From positions 248,001 to 312,000 of the forward strand of contig JAUFOR010000008.1 in NCBI GenBank assembly GCA_040285745.1: a stretch of DNA of 64,000 nucleotides, written 5' to 3'. This stretch comes from Barthelona sp. PCE (taxonomy: Eukaryota). Positions 28,731 through 39,262 of the stretch are shown here, one piece after another. The position numbers and the translations under genes are program-made. The notes below the pieces were generated by a model. That model did not search any database and had not been told where the DNA came from. It worked only from the letters and a program-made list of their open reading frames with translations. The stretch's first letter is position 1. The number at the start of each line of letters is the position of its first letter.

Positions 28731-28998
28731 AGCAAGAAAGGTCCAAAGGAAAGGGAACTATTTGTGAAAACGCTTTAACGAATATGTATCCTTCCTTATC
28801 GGTTAAACCCTTCTTAATATACCACCTGCGATACTGTAAAAGAGTTGAAACCTTTGTGAAAATCTATGGTGGTTAGTCATTCGATAGTGCTTGTTTATGT
28901 ACCAAATAAATGCTCTGTTGTGCTATTGGTACATTTATTACCCTCGATTCAGAATCTACGAACTGTATTATTTTTATCCCCTCTTTCATTTGCTTTGG

Positions 28999-31900
28999 AT
29001 GAGCATATCGTCCGATTCAGAGCTGAGAACATTGTTGGATATCGATAGCCACGACATGGAGTATAGTAATTCTAATTCTCGACGTTCTAGGAAGAAACCT
29101 ACGGGAGAAGCCCGCACAGTGATGCTAAATGCAAGCGTCACAGCACCACAGGTTCGGAACGTGCTCAAAAACACCCGTTATACATTTTTGACTTTTGTCC
29201 CTTTGATAATCTTCACCCAACTTAAATACACCATGAATTTGTGGTTCGTTGGTGTTATGATCTCGCAATATTTCAAAATTTTGCAAGTTGTGGACCGTAT
29301 AACAGTAACATTTCCTTTAGTATTTGTGATTACATTAACAGCAGCAAAAGAACTGTTTGATGACTACCGCAGAGCAAAATCCGATGCAAAAGAGAACTCT
29401 AAGCGTTACAAAATACTGAAACCTGGCGGTAATGGTCAACTTGTTTCGACAACATCGGCTGAACTCATTGTTGGTGATGTTGTTGAGTTAAAGAAGGGCA
29501 TGTCAGTACCAGCAGACTGCATCCTCCTGAAGAGCAATGCAAAGAACGGATCACTCTTCTTAAAAACAACACAGCTAGATGGTGAGACAGATTGGAAGGT
29601 TCGCTTATCGTGCCCTGGTACACACCGAATGAGTCTTTCTGAACTGTCAAACAGCCTGGGAACCAAGATATACGCCGAGGCACCGAGGAAGGAGCTCTAT
29701 ACGTTCGTCGGGCGAATCGATTATGATGATGGGGACTTCGACCCTCTCTCGCCTGACAATACCCTCTGGGCATCAACCACAATTGCCAGCGGTACGTGCT
29801 ACGGCCTCATTGTGTACACAGGTACCGAGACCCGCGCAAATATGAACCGTAACAAGGTAAGAATTAAGTCAACGAGTTGCGAGCGTGAAATCAATGGTTT
29901 CTGCAAGGTTATGGTTCTTCTCGTTTTTGTTTTATCGTTCACAATGATTGCTATGCATCGGCCCTTCCCATCCAATAAGATGCGCTTGGTGTCTCTTGTT
30001 CGATTCATCATTCTCTTCTCATACGTTATCCCTATTTCAATGCGCGTCAACCTTGATCTGTGTAACGTCTTTTTGTCGACTTCCATCAACAAGGACAAGT
30101 ACAGAAAGATGGTGTCAAGATCGACTGATCTGGTGTCAGCGCTGGGTCGTCTAGATTGCATGTGTTGTGACAAGACAGGAACGCTGACGAAGAACGAAAT
30201 GGTTATGAAGGCGCTCATTTGCCGAAACATCATCGATAACGAGTCTGAGCTTGTTAGAATAACAAGAGGTGCCACGCGTAGTGATATTAGTGATGCGCTT
30301 CTTGCACTGGGTCTGTGTCACAACGTCACGCCTGTCATTCAAAATAATGTGCGAGAGTTTCAGGGCGCATCGCCTGACGAGTTTGCATTTGTCGAATACG
30401 CTGAGAAATGTGGAGCTTTCCTCGTCGAGCGCAAGCTGGAGACGATGGACTTCAAACTACCCGGCCGCAACTCTGTTCGCTACGAGATCGCATGCGATTT
30501 TCCCTTCACATCGGCAAGAAAACGTATGGGAATCATCCTTAAGGACAACACCAACCGCTACCACTTCTTTTTGAAGGGCGCAGAGTCCGTCATCATCCCA
30601 ATGTGTGAGGCGACGAACCGCGTTGATCAGTTCTTCAATAACAGCTGTCTTGAAGGTATTGATAACATGGCTCGTGAAGGTCTTCGTACGCTGGCGTTTG
30701 CATACCGTCAGCTCACACAGGCCGAGTTCAATGCTTTCTTTAACAGGTATCGCGAGGCCAAAGCTGCTGTCCAAAACAGAGACAAGCACGTTTCCGCCGC
30801 TATCAAGACGATTGAAACCGACTTGAGACTTATTGGAGTTACAGGTATCGAGGATGCACTCGCCCCTGGTGTCCGTGAGTCTCTCGAGCGTTTCCGTACG
30901 GCCAACATCAAGGTTTGGATGCTGACAGGTGATAAATCGATAACAGCAGGCGTCATCGCCCGTTCATCGCGCCTGGTCGGTAAGAAGCAGAACATCCACC
31001 ACCTCATTGCACATGAGCGCACCGCCTTCCTCCAGAGGATGCGCCAGTTGCACAAGGTCAACCCCAACGACGCAATTCTAATTGACGGCGACACCCTCGC
31101 CATTGCGCTTTCGAAGGAGTACAGGGAGGAGTTCTCTAGCCTTGCAATGAAGATGAAGGCTGTTGTCTGCTCAAGATGTTCACCCAAACAGAAGGCTGAC
31201 GTCGTAGAACTGCTGAAGACCACTGGATTATGTGTAGGTGCTGTTGGTGATGGTGCAAACGATGTGAGCATGCTCGTTTCCGCCGACGTCGGCTTCGGTC
31301 TTTCAAACTCAAGGGAGAGCGCTTTGGCAGCTCTTTCTGCTGACTATGCTATTGAATCGTTTGATTGTATCTGGCATCTGCTGGGCTATCACGGGCTTAA
31401 CGGTTACATCCGTGTTGCACGTTTGACGCTACTAATCCTTAACAGAGGTGCCACGATTGCAGCCCAGCAGTTCTTTTACTCGGTTATTGTGGCAAGTTAC
31501 ATACCATTAACAGTCTTCCCCTCCATCCTTACAATGCTTTATTCGTCTGTATTCACTGCGCTTCCCAACTTTATGGTGATCCTCGACACCATCTTCGACA
31601 AGGATTTCACAAAGAAACATCCCCAAGTTTACATTACAAAGGGTCGTTACCTCAACCTTAGAGCATTCTTCACGTGGCTTACAGTTGCCGTCTATCAAGC
31701 AAGCGTGACAATCATTGTCACGCTTTTCTTGACTGGTATATACGAAATCGACATCAACGCATTCATCCGCGTTTGTTTTACATCCCTTGTGTTAACTGAG
31801 TTGGTTAATATTCTGATAACGATGCAGACATTCCCAAAGCTAATGTGGGCAGCCCAGATACTATCTCTTGTTGTTTATGGTATTTGTTTCTATATCTTAC

Positions 31901-32049
31901 CGTTTTATGATCCATCCGATCTTATTTCTTTAAATTACTGGTTGCAGGTACTTTTCATCGTCATACTTAGTGTTTTGCCAATTGTTTTACTTAATCTAGC
32001 TGGTAAATATTGCTGTCCTTCATTGCAAGAAGACAGTTTATCCCAATAA
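28999..32049 (+). CDS. P4-ATPase phospholipid flippase, ATP9/Neo1-like
   Basis: LDGETDWK, IPISMRVNLD, DKTGTLT, ASPDE, WMLTGDK, GDGANDVSM; multiple TM segments. Confidence 0.93.
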   Translation: MSISSDSELRTLLDIDSHDMEYSNSNSRRSRKKPTGEARTVMLNASVTAPQVRNVLKNTRYTFLTFVPLIIFTQLKYTMNLWFVGVMISQYFKILQVVDRITVTFPLVFVITLTAAKELFDDYRRAKSDAKENSKRYKILKPGGNGQLVSTTSAELIVGDVVELKKGMSVPADCILLKSNAKNGSLFLKTTQLDGETDWKVRLSCPGTHRMSLSELSNSLGTKIYAEAPRKELYTFVGRIDYDDGDFDPLSPDNTLWASTTIASGTCYGLIVYTGTETRANMNRNKVRIKSTSCEREINGFCKVMVLLVFVLSFTMIAMHRPFPSNKMRLVSLVRFIILFSYVIPISMRVNLDLCNVFLSTSINKDKYRKMVSRSTDLVSALGRLDCMCCDKTGTLTKNEMVMKALICRNIIDNESELVRITRGATRSDISDALLALGLCHNVTPVIQNNVREFQGASPDEFAFVEYAEKCGAFLVERKLETMDFKLPGRNSVRYEIACDFPFTSARKRMGIILKDNTNRYHFFLKGAESVIIPMCEATNRVDQFFNNSCLEGIDNMAREGLRTLAFAYRQLTQAEFNAFFNRYREAKAAVQNRDKHVSAAIKTIETDLRLIGVTGIEDALAPGVRESLERFRTANIKVWMLTGDKSITAGVIARSSRLVGKKQNIHHLIAHERTAFLQRMRQLHKVNPNDAILIDGDTLAIALSKEYREEFSSLAMKMKAVVCSRCSPKQKADVVELLKTTGLCVGAVGDGANDVSMLVSADVGFGLSNSRESALAALSADYAIESFDCIWHLLGYHGLNGYIRVARLTLLILNRGATIAAQQFFYSVIVASYIPLTVFPSILTMLYSSVFTALPNFMVILDTIFDKDFTKKHPQVYITKGRYLNLRAFFTWLTVAVYQASVTIIVTLFLTGIYEIDINAFIRVCFTSLVLTELVNILITMQTFPKLMWAAQILSLVVYGICFYILPFYDPSDLISLNYWLQVLFIVILSVLPIVLLNLAGKYCCPSLQEDSLSQ

Positions 32050-32067
32050 TGTTAATAAACCACCAAT

Positions 32068-33501
32068 TTAGTTTTTAATTTTATCAATCATAGCCTCAAC
32101 AATTGAAGACCAGTTAATACCGCAACCTTCCAACGCCGTGACAGGCACTGCTGTTGCTTTAAAGAATTCAATAATATTGTACTTCGTAACAATTGAGTGC
32201 TTATCATGTGAGTGAATTGCAATGAACTCCATTGGGTTGTCCTTGAAGTACTCGGTCATGATGGTGTAGTCCAATCCTGGGAGCACGTGTGGGACCCCTA
32301 ATTGTGATAAGTGCACGGCATGATCGATGTGAACGTCTGTATTCTGTGATCGTAGCATCTTAATGATATTTGCCTTCAATTTCTTGTTCTTTACGGATTC
32401 TAAAAGCAGCACAAGATCAGAAGACGCACATCCGTGGACCTCAGCCGACGACAGAAACGCAGAAATGTACTTTTGATTTTCAAGTCTGAGTGGTAGCGGG
32501 CAAAATTCTCCAAAACGTTTGACTAACGGCAGAATGGGAGCGATGTTCAGTTCCTCGCAACACAGCAGCGAAACAACACGATGCATTGTGACCGGAGCAG
32601 CTTCAAACAAATATTCCAAATTTGACCAGTCCAAGTCTGAAACAATCAACTGTTCCAATATTATGTGATCTGGGACAGCATCAAGCACGCCATTGATTGC
32701 CGGAACGATACATATTCCTTGCTCAATACAGCAGCGGTCCAGAAAAAAAAAACTGAACTTTGCTAGATACCTCAAAAGGTCAGTGCAATTCTGTATTTGG
32801 TTCATTTTCAACCGCTTATCAGGAATGGAGAGGAAGAATAAGCTGGTTTTTGCAATAGAAACATGATCTATATCTTTTAGAAAACATAAATTACGGAACA
32901 GAAAAAAACGTACTAACTCTGCAATTCCACTTTTTATCAATATGTCAATGAACGAAAGAGTAAAGCATTGATGACCCATAATATCTAATATGCAGAATAG
33001 AAAAATACTGAAGTTTTCTGATGTGATAATGACACACTCCCTAAAAAAACGAATTATGTTACTCAACCTGTGCATTTTCATCCCAATGCGTTCACCCCCA
33101 GACAAAACAAACTGAAATAACATGATTATTGCACGTAGAAGGTAGTTTTTCAGCAACAATAGAAAGTTTCTTCGATTTTTGCGCAATGTAACAAATAGAT
33201 ACTCAAAGCTCTCACCAATAACACTATCTATACTGGCCAGAGTTTCCCAATTAATTTCGGCGATAAGTGTTTTGTGCAACTTTTCAAGCAATAGTGAAGC
33301 AGACTTTTTGAGCGAGGTGATACCTGTTGTTGACAGATGCTCCATGAATCTGTTTCGAAGCGGGACAAGCAAGTTCAGTGTGGGAACTTCATTTCCATAA
33401 TTACAAATTGGTTGAACTGAAGAACTATTGTAAAAATCTTTCCATTTTTCGAAATCAATCGTCTTTTTGACAGGAACAAACCACGAGTTCACCATGCTCA
33501 T
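32068..33501 (-). CDS. Hypothetical 477-aa helical protein
   Basis: Long ORF; no recognised motif. Confidence 0.75.
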   Translation of the reverse strand: MSMVNSWFVPVKKTIDFEKWKDFYNSSSVQPICNYGNEVPTLNLLVPLRNRFMEHLSTTGITSLKKSASLLLEKLHKTLIAEINWETLASIDSVIGESFEYLFVTLRKNRRNFLLLLKNYLLRAIIMLFQFVLSGGERIGMKMHRLSNIIRFFRECVIITSENFSIFLFCILDIMGHQCFTLSFIDILIKSGIAELVRFFLFRNLCFLKDIDHVSIAKTSLFFLSIPDKRLKMNQIQNCTDLLRYLAKFSFFFLDRCCIEQGICIVPAINGVLDAVPDHIILEQLIVSDLDWSNLEYLFEAAPVTMHRVVSLLCCEELNIAPILPLVKRFGEFCPLPLRLENQKYISAFLSSAEVHGCASSDLVLLLESVKNKKLKANIIKMLRSQNTDVHIDHAVHLSQLGVPHVLPGLDYTIMTEYFKDNPMEFIAIHSHDKHSIVTKYNIIEFFKATAVPVTALEGCGINWSSIVEAMIDKIKN

Positions 33502-33668
33502 TGTAAATATACTGTAAAACAGTTAAAGAAAGGAAAAAAACTGAAAACAGGCATTTCTAACCAATGTGATGGATGAGGACGGGAACGATGCCTACATCAC
33601 ATACTGATGTGAAAAGCGAAAAAAGAACTTTTGCAAAGACTTTGCTTTAATAATTCACTTCCTTTTCA

Positions 33669-34400
33669 ATGGATCCGATTAAGCCTGACGAAAATCACCC
33701 CGCGCCGCTGTTTGACAGCATATTTAATGATGATGACAATGAAGAACAACAACTACACAAACAAAAGCATGTTTACTTTATGAAGCGTGCTCTAGATGCC
33801 GCTTTAAGAGCACTGAAGGTAGGAGAGGTGCCGGTGGGATGTGTTTTTGTGCGCAACAACCAGGTTATTGCTGAAGGGCATAACAATACAAACAAAACTA
33901 AGAATGCTACTCGTCATGCCGAAATCGAAGCACTGGATAAACTCCTATACGATAGGTCTATCCAGCCCTTTGAACACTCAACGATCAGAGAACAGCCAAT
34001 TAACAAAGATTTTGAGGATGTCGACGTATACGTGACCCTTGAGCCATGTATCATGTGTGCGGCTGCCCTGCGAAAGATGGGTTTCCGACGTGTTTTCTTT
34101 GGAGCATACAACGATAAATTTGGAGGTGCTGGTACAGTGCTTTCGATTTTACAGGATGAGAATCTGCCTGATAACATTGTCAATTGTATAGGAGGTCTCT
34201 GCCTCCACGAATGCATTGGAATCTTGCATAACTTCTACGAGCGAGGAAATTCCAACGCCCCAGAGAGCAAACGCAAGCGTCCCATTAGTTTTGGAGGTCT
34301 AGTGCTTAAAGGACAATTTGTAGATGATTATGACTTTGATGAGAATACTTTACAATCGTTAAAACAAGAAACAGACCCGGTAGAGCACATTTTTTTTTAG
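33669..34400 (+). CDS. ADAT2: tRNA-specific adenosine-34 deaminase catalytic subunit
   Basis: GEVPVGCVFV, NATRHAE, EPCIMC, NDKFGG and FYERGN motifs. Confidence 0.92.
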   Translation: MDPIKPDENHPAPLFDSIFNDDDNEEQQLHKQKHVYFMKRALDAALRALKVGEVPVGCVFVRNNQVIAEGHNNTNKTKNATRHAEIEALDKLLYDRSIQPFEHSTIREQPINKDFEDVDVYVTLEPCIMCAAALRKMGFRRVFFGAYNDKFGGAGTVLSILQDENLPDNIVNCIGGLCLHECIGILHNFYERGNSNAPESKRKRPISFGGLVLKGQFVDDYDFDENTLQSLKQETDPVEHIFF

Positions 34401-34401
34401 T

Positions 34402-35769
34402 TTAATAGAATGGTAACTTTTCAACTGCATTAACATTTTGTTGTTTAGCTCTGGACTTTCTCTCGTGCATAATCTTTTGATTAGCAGTCATTTGCATCTG
34501 TTCTCTGGGAGAAGGAGTTGTCTTTCGCAGTTTAGGTTGTTGTTGTTGAGATGATTCATCATTATTAGGTCTATAATCAGGTTTCTTACCCGTTAGCCCC
34601 ATTTTCTTTCTGTTCTTCTTACTCATTGATGGAATAGCTGCTTTTAAGTCAGGATTTGAAGTCTTGTTGAATCGTTTTGGTGTTCCATCAACTAACTCAT
34701 CAATGGATATCTCCTTCTTTGGCGACGTTGCTTTGAGTGGTACTCCTGATGAAGGACGGCTGACCTCTTTTTCAACTTTCTCAATTTCAGGTTCATGTTC
34801 TTCAGGTGCTTCAGGCACCTCAGGTTCTTCCTCTTCTTCATTAAAGTAAACCCAATCACCTGGCATTGAGATACCTTCTTTATAAATAATTACATGTCTC
34901 ATAGAGCGACCGAGATCTTGATATTCCGGGGCTACAGGGTCTGTTTTCCTATTTGAATACTTAAAGACCTTCCTCGCAGCTGGTGAGGCACCGTCTATAT
35001 CTGAAATAGTATTGGGGTTGCGTTTCTCCAGATCGTGGTTCATCCACTCCTCTCTTGCTCTCTTTGCGCCCGAGTATCCCATATCTATGTCATCGGTTCG
35101 AAGACTGAAGTCTTCGCTGATCTTGACACGGCTAACCTGCTTCGGTTTGCTCTTTGCTATTTGATTCTGCTCAGAACTAAGAGCTGGATAGATGGGATCA
35201 ACCGGGTTAACACAACGTTTGGACATTTTCACCTCGCTCTTTGATTCGAGGGTCCAGAGTGGGTTGCGCTCCTTAAATTGACGTTTTGGTCCACTGGTAA
35301 TATCAGTGTAGTTCATGTGATCGCGTATAGCTATTTTTCTCTTGGGCTTAGCCCTTGTTCCATCAATGTCATCAATCTTCATGGTGTCTCTGAGGAATTT
35401 TGGTACATAAGGCTCTGGTTCTTTGATTAAGGGGACTTCATATTGAGGATTGAGAGGATTAACACAACGTTTGGTTTTAAAGCTCTTCGGGCGCGGTCTG
35501 GCGCCGGGTATGTCGTCTACCCTGAGTGGATCACGTTTAAACTCAAGAATTCTCTTCTTGGGGATTGCACCCTTAATATCATCTACGTTAACAGTTCTCT
35601 CGATATCTCTACGCTTAGAATGGAACTTCTTCTTGGGTGTAGCTCCTTCAATATCTTGAACTGTCAGATTATCGCGAATAAGTGTACAAAAAGGTTTTTT
35701 CTTTGCTGAATCTCCGAGTGTATTCAGATACATGGAGCTCCCGAACTCTGTGGACTCTGTGAAGCTCAT
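34402..35769 (-). CDS. Repeat-containing hypothetical protein (DDIxGAxP and NPxxPxY repeats)
   Basis: 455-aa basic, low-complexity ORF with internal repeats. Confidence 0.8.
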   Translation of the reverse strand: MSFTESTEFGSSMYLNTLGDSAKKKPFCTLIRDNLTVQDIEGATPKKKFHSKRRDIERTVNVDDIKGAIPKKRILEFKRDPLRVDDIPGARPRPKSFKTKRCVNPLNPQYEVPLIKEPEPYVPKFLRDTMKIDDIDGTRAKPKRKIAIRDHMNYTDITSGPKRQFKERNPLWTLESKSEVKMSKRCVNPVDPIYPALSSEQNQIAKSKPKQVSRVKISEDFSLRTDDIDMGYSGAKRAREEWMNHDLEKRNPNTISDIDGASPAARKVFKYSNRKTDPVAPEYQDLGRSMRHVIIYKEGISMPGDWVYFNEEEEEPEVPEAPEEHEPEIEKVEKEVSRPSSGVPLKATSPKKEISIDELVDGTPKRFNKTSNPDLKAAIPSMSKKNRKKMGLTGKKPDYRPNNDESSQQQQPKLRKTTPSPREQMQMTANQKIMHERKSRAKQQNVNAVEKLPFY

Positions 35770-35908
35770 GTGTAGGATTAGTTTTCAAATTTACGCGGAA
35801 AGAGCAATTCAAAACAAAACAAGTTGATACAACCAATTTCTTTTCCTTTACAGGCTTACAGAAGCATTCACACCCGCAGAGTTCCACAATCAAGCTTATC
35901 TTTACATA

Positions 35909-37462
35909 TTAAGGGGTTACACGATCAGGGTTTCTGAAATACAGACAGACATCACGGATATGGGGTTGTCCGAGCACCCAGTTCATGAAACGCTCGACAC
36001 CCATGCCCCAACCAGCGTGAGGACATGAACCGAAACGACGAAGATCAGTATACCAATAGTAAGGCTCAACAGGGATACCTTCCCTGTTGTAACCTTCAAC
36101 AAGGGAGTCATAATCCCACACTCTCTGTGATCCACCAACGATCTCACCAACACCAGGTACAAGGATATCCATGGAGAGGGTAGTTTCGGGATCCTTAGGA
36201 TCTTTAGGCATATAGAAAGGTTTGAGGCAAACAGGGAAGTTATGCAGAATAACGGGCTCACCAATAGTGTCAATCATCTTACGCTCCTGCTCTTCGGGAA
36301 TGTCATCACCGAACTTGAAGTCAACACCCTCCTTGGTCTTGACACCGTGATCAATTAACCACTGGATGGCATCACGGTAGTGGAGGCGCATGAAAGGCTT
36401 AGTGATGGGCTCGAAATCGGGGTTGAGGGAGCGAACAAGTGCAAGGAGTTCGGGCTTCTCAGCAATCATCTGAGTGACACGCATGATGGAAGCCTCGACG
36501 ATTTCCTGGAGCTCCTCGAATGTAACGAATGGGCACTCACCCTCGAGATGGGTGAACTCAGTGCAGTGACGACGAGTACGTGACTTCTCAGCACGGTAAG
36601 AGGGCATCACACAGAAAACGTTACCCAAAGCGGGGATAGCGGTCTCCAGATAGAGCTGGGAAGACTGAGTGAGGTATGCCTCTTCACCGTAGTAATCAAG
36701 AGAGAAGAGAGTAGCACCTCCTTCGACCTGGGTCTGAACAAGGGTGGGGGGCTGGACCTCTTCGAATCCGTTGCCGTAGAAGTGCTGCCTAAAGAGGAAC
36801 AAGATCTGGGAACGGCACTTGAGGATAGCAGATGCCTTTTTGCCACGCATATGAATATGACGTTGATCCATGAGAATAGAGGGATCGCTCTTCTCGTTGA
36901 AAAGAGACTCTACCTCTGGGTGGGAACGCTGGATGTACTCCCAGAAGTCAGCAACAAGCTCAAAGCCACCTGGGGCACGCTCATCAGGGTTAAGGGTTCC
37001 GTAAACAACAACGGTTGACTCACGCACGAGCTGGAGGGCACTGAGGCACTGGGCGAGGTCATCGTTGAGGACAACCTGCATGTATCCAGTTCCGTCACGA
37101 ATGTCCATGAACTTGAGGGACTTACCCGAAGTTCTGTGAGAGCAAACCCAACCCTTGATCTGGACACGCTCGTTGGCGTACTTGTCCATCTCTGCGATCT
37201 TGATGGATGTGAAGGGGATAGTCTCATCGAGGTGGAGCTCAATAGAAGCAGCCTTGGTTTCACGTTCCCGCTCTACTTCAGCTTCTTTAGCTTCACGGAC
37301 GATGGCCTTAATCTCCTTCTTGCGATCTGTGACCATTTTCTTGGCCATTTTCTTCTTCTGCTTCTTAGAAAGCTCTTCGTTAGCGGGATCGGCGTTGATT
37401 GCGGCGAGGCACTCAGCCATGTCCAGTTCCGGGGGCAATTCAATCGATTCAGTGATTTCCAT
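35909..37462 (-). CDS. NARS1: Asparaginyl-tRNA synthetase (cytosolic)
   Basis: QTQVEGGATLF, YLTQSSQLYLE, YRAEKSRTRRH, GEIVGGS, YYWYTDLRRFG and GMGVER motifs. Confidence 0.97.
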   Translation of the reverse strand: MEITESIELPPELDMAECLAAINADPANEELSKKQKKKMAKKMVTDRKKEIKAIVREAKEAEVERERETKAASIELHLDETIPFTSIKIAEMDKYANERVQIKGWVCSHRTSGKSLKFMDIRDGTGYMQVVLNDDLAQCLSALQLVRESTVVVYGTLNPDERAPGGFELVADFWEYIQRSHPEVESLFNEKSDPSILMDQRHIHMRGKKASAILKCRSQILFLFRQHFYGNGFEEVQPPTLVQTQVEGGATLFSLDYYGEEAYLTQSSQLYLETAIPALGNVFCVMPSYRAEKSRTRRHCTEFTHLEGECPFVTFEELQEIVEASIMRVTQMIAEKPELLALVRSLNPDFEPITKPFMRLHYRDAIQWLIDHGVKTKEGVDFKFGDDIPEEQERKMIDTIGEPVILHNFPVCLKPFYMPKDPKDPETTLSMDILVPGVGEIVGGSQRVWDYDSLVEGYNREGIPVEPYYWYTDLRRFGSCPHAGWGMGVERFMNWVLGQPHIRDVCLYFRNPDRVTP

Positions 37463-37933
37463 GTGTGAAAGGGGAGGAAAAATGTGTAATAAAAGAATGA
37501 AGAAAGAACTGAACTTTAGGTCATGTTTAGGATAAAATAAAGCTTCATTTATGTCCAAAATGCCAGTGTAAGTTCATCCAGCCCTTGTAAATCAGAAGAT
37601 TCGGTGCAAACGCCAACCTGGACAAACGGCCAAAGCACATAGCACTTGTTTAAGCTGCATTGATATGTTAGAAGAGCTGTCAAATATTCGAATTTATCCT
37701 AATACTGGTTTGAAATATGGGATTAAATAGGAACCTTAGGTAGAAAATGCGTTTGTGGTCATTTACCCTAATCTTAGCTCATTGTACGAGTACATGATGT
37801 GAACCATCATATACACCGCAATGCACAAACAGATGCACACAAAAAATAAGACGGGGGCATGATTGAGCTTTTCCAAATTGTTTTCATTCTTTGTACCCAT
37901 TTTCAACAAGTATTTGGCACAATTGTTATTCAA

Positions 37934-39220
37934 ATGAAGCTCCTACTCTTAATACTTCTGGGTTTGACACTGGTCGTTACTTCGAATATTGTAGAGATTA
38001 CAAACGAGAACTACGCAATGTTAGCAAGTGACCATGCTCTGCTACTCAAGTTTTATGCGCCTTGGTGTGGTCATTGCCAGAAATTGGCACCCAAATACGA
38101 GGAAGTTGCAACTCACCTAAAGACACGTGAAGATATCATTGTTGGTGAGGTGGATTGCACCAAATCAAAGGCTCTGTGTACAAAGCACAAGGTCAAGGGT
38201 TATCCCACTATCCAGCTTCATTCAGATTCTAATTCATACACTTATCGTGGCCCTCGTGAGTCTTTGCACATTGGACAATGGACAGTCCAGATGCTTCTCC
38301 CCTTTGACGAACCCCTGAACCGTCACATCATCGAGCCCACCGTTAGTGTTATGCTTTTGGTCGAAGGTTACGATCCTGAGGTACACGCTGCTGTAGAGAC
38401 TGTGTCCAAGCGTTATTTCGGCTCCATCCCCGTGTTCATTGCTTCATTAAAGGATTTCGAGCAATATCCCGAGATTGACATTTCTGAGGTTACACCTGGT
38501 TCTGTTATTAACGTTCGTGATGGCAAGGTCACCGTCTGGGACATGAACGAATCTCTTGACACATTCTTTAACAGAAATGCGCTCAGTCGTTTCCCCGTCA
38601 TTGGTCATCACAACTACGATATTTTGTCCCGCAAACGTTACATGGCTATGGTTGCAGTCGACATCGACGACAAGGATTACATTGCTGATGTATACGAGCA
38701 GCTTAAACAACTCCCAGAGGCATTTTTCAATGATTTTTCAGTTGGAGTAATTTCCGTAAAGGAACACGCTGGCTATGTCCGTCAGTTCAACACACAGTTC
38801 CCCGCAGTCATTGTATTCAAGCAGAAATCACACGATCGCTGGATCCAATTCACACCCGAACCTGATGATGTTATTGAGTATATTCAAAATGTCAAGGCAG
38901 GGAAGGTTGAGAGTACAAGTGGCCCCAAGACATCGTTGATTGGTCATCTTCGTCGTGTTCTCATGCAGCACCCAGTTATGGTAATTGGTATCACATGCCT
39001 TGTGTTTATTGTCCTTATTTCTATTGTCCTGCTTACGAGCTCAAAGTACGTCAAGGAGGGTGAGGAAGAGTTAGATGAGAACAAACCCCTCGTCCTGGAG
39101 GGCACAGAAGAGGAGGTTAAGGAGATGCTTCAAGAAGAGGCTGAGAACCTACCCGAGATTGCTAACTTATCTGGCGAAGAAGAGGAAGAAGAGGTAGTCG
39201 AAGATAAGAAGAATGATTAG
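37934..39220 (+). CDS. Transmembrane PDI/thioredoxin protein, TMX3-like
   Basis: Signal peptide, FYAPWCGHC, one C-terminal TM segment, acidic tail ending KKND (KKXX). Confidence 0.88.
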   Translation: MKLLLLILLGLTLVVTSNIVEITNENYAMLASDHALLLKFYAPWCGHCQKLAPKYEEVATHLKTREDIIVGEVDCTKSKALCTKHKVKGYPTIQLHSDSNSYTYRGPRESLHIGQWTVQMLLPFDEPLNRHIIEPTVSVMLLVEGYDPEVHAAVETVSKRYFGSIPVFIASLKDFEQYPEIDISEVTPGSVINVRDGKVTVWDMNESLDTFFNRNALSRFPVIGHHNYDILSRKRYMAMVAVDIDDKDYIADVYEQLKQLPEAFFNDFSVGVISVKEHAGYVRQFNTQFPAVIVFKQKSHDRWIQFTPEPDDVIEYIQNVKAGKVESTSGPKTSLIGHLRRVLMQHPVMVIGITCLVFIVLISIVLLTSSKYVKEGEEELDENKPLVLEGTEEEVKEMLQEEAENLPEIANLSGEEEEEEVVEDKKND

Positions 39221-39262
39221 AACTTGAAAATAAATATGTTTTTGCACATGAATAAATTTATT

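Noticed and set aside
33669-34400. Functional linkage between ADAT2 and the tRNA-Ala(AGC)-like array
   Set aside because: ADAT2 would edit A34 of such a tRNA, but it is a universal housekeeping gene 30 kb away; proximity is not evidence.
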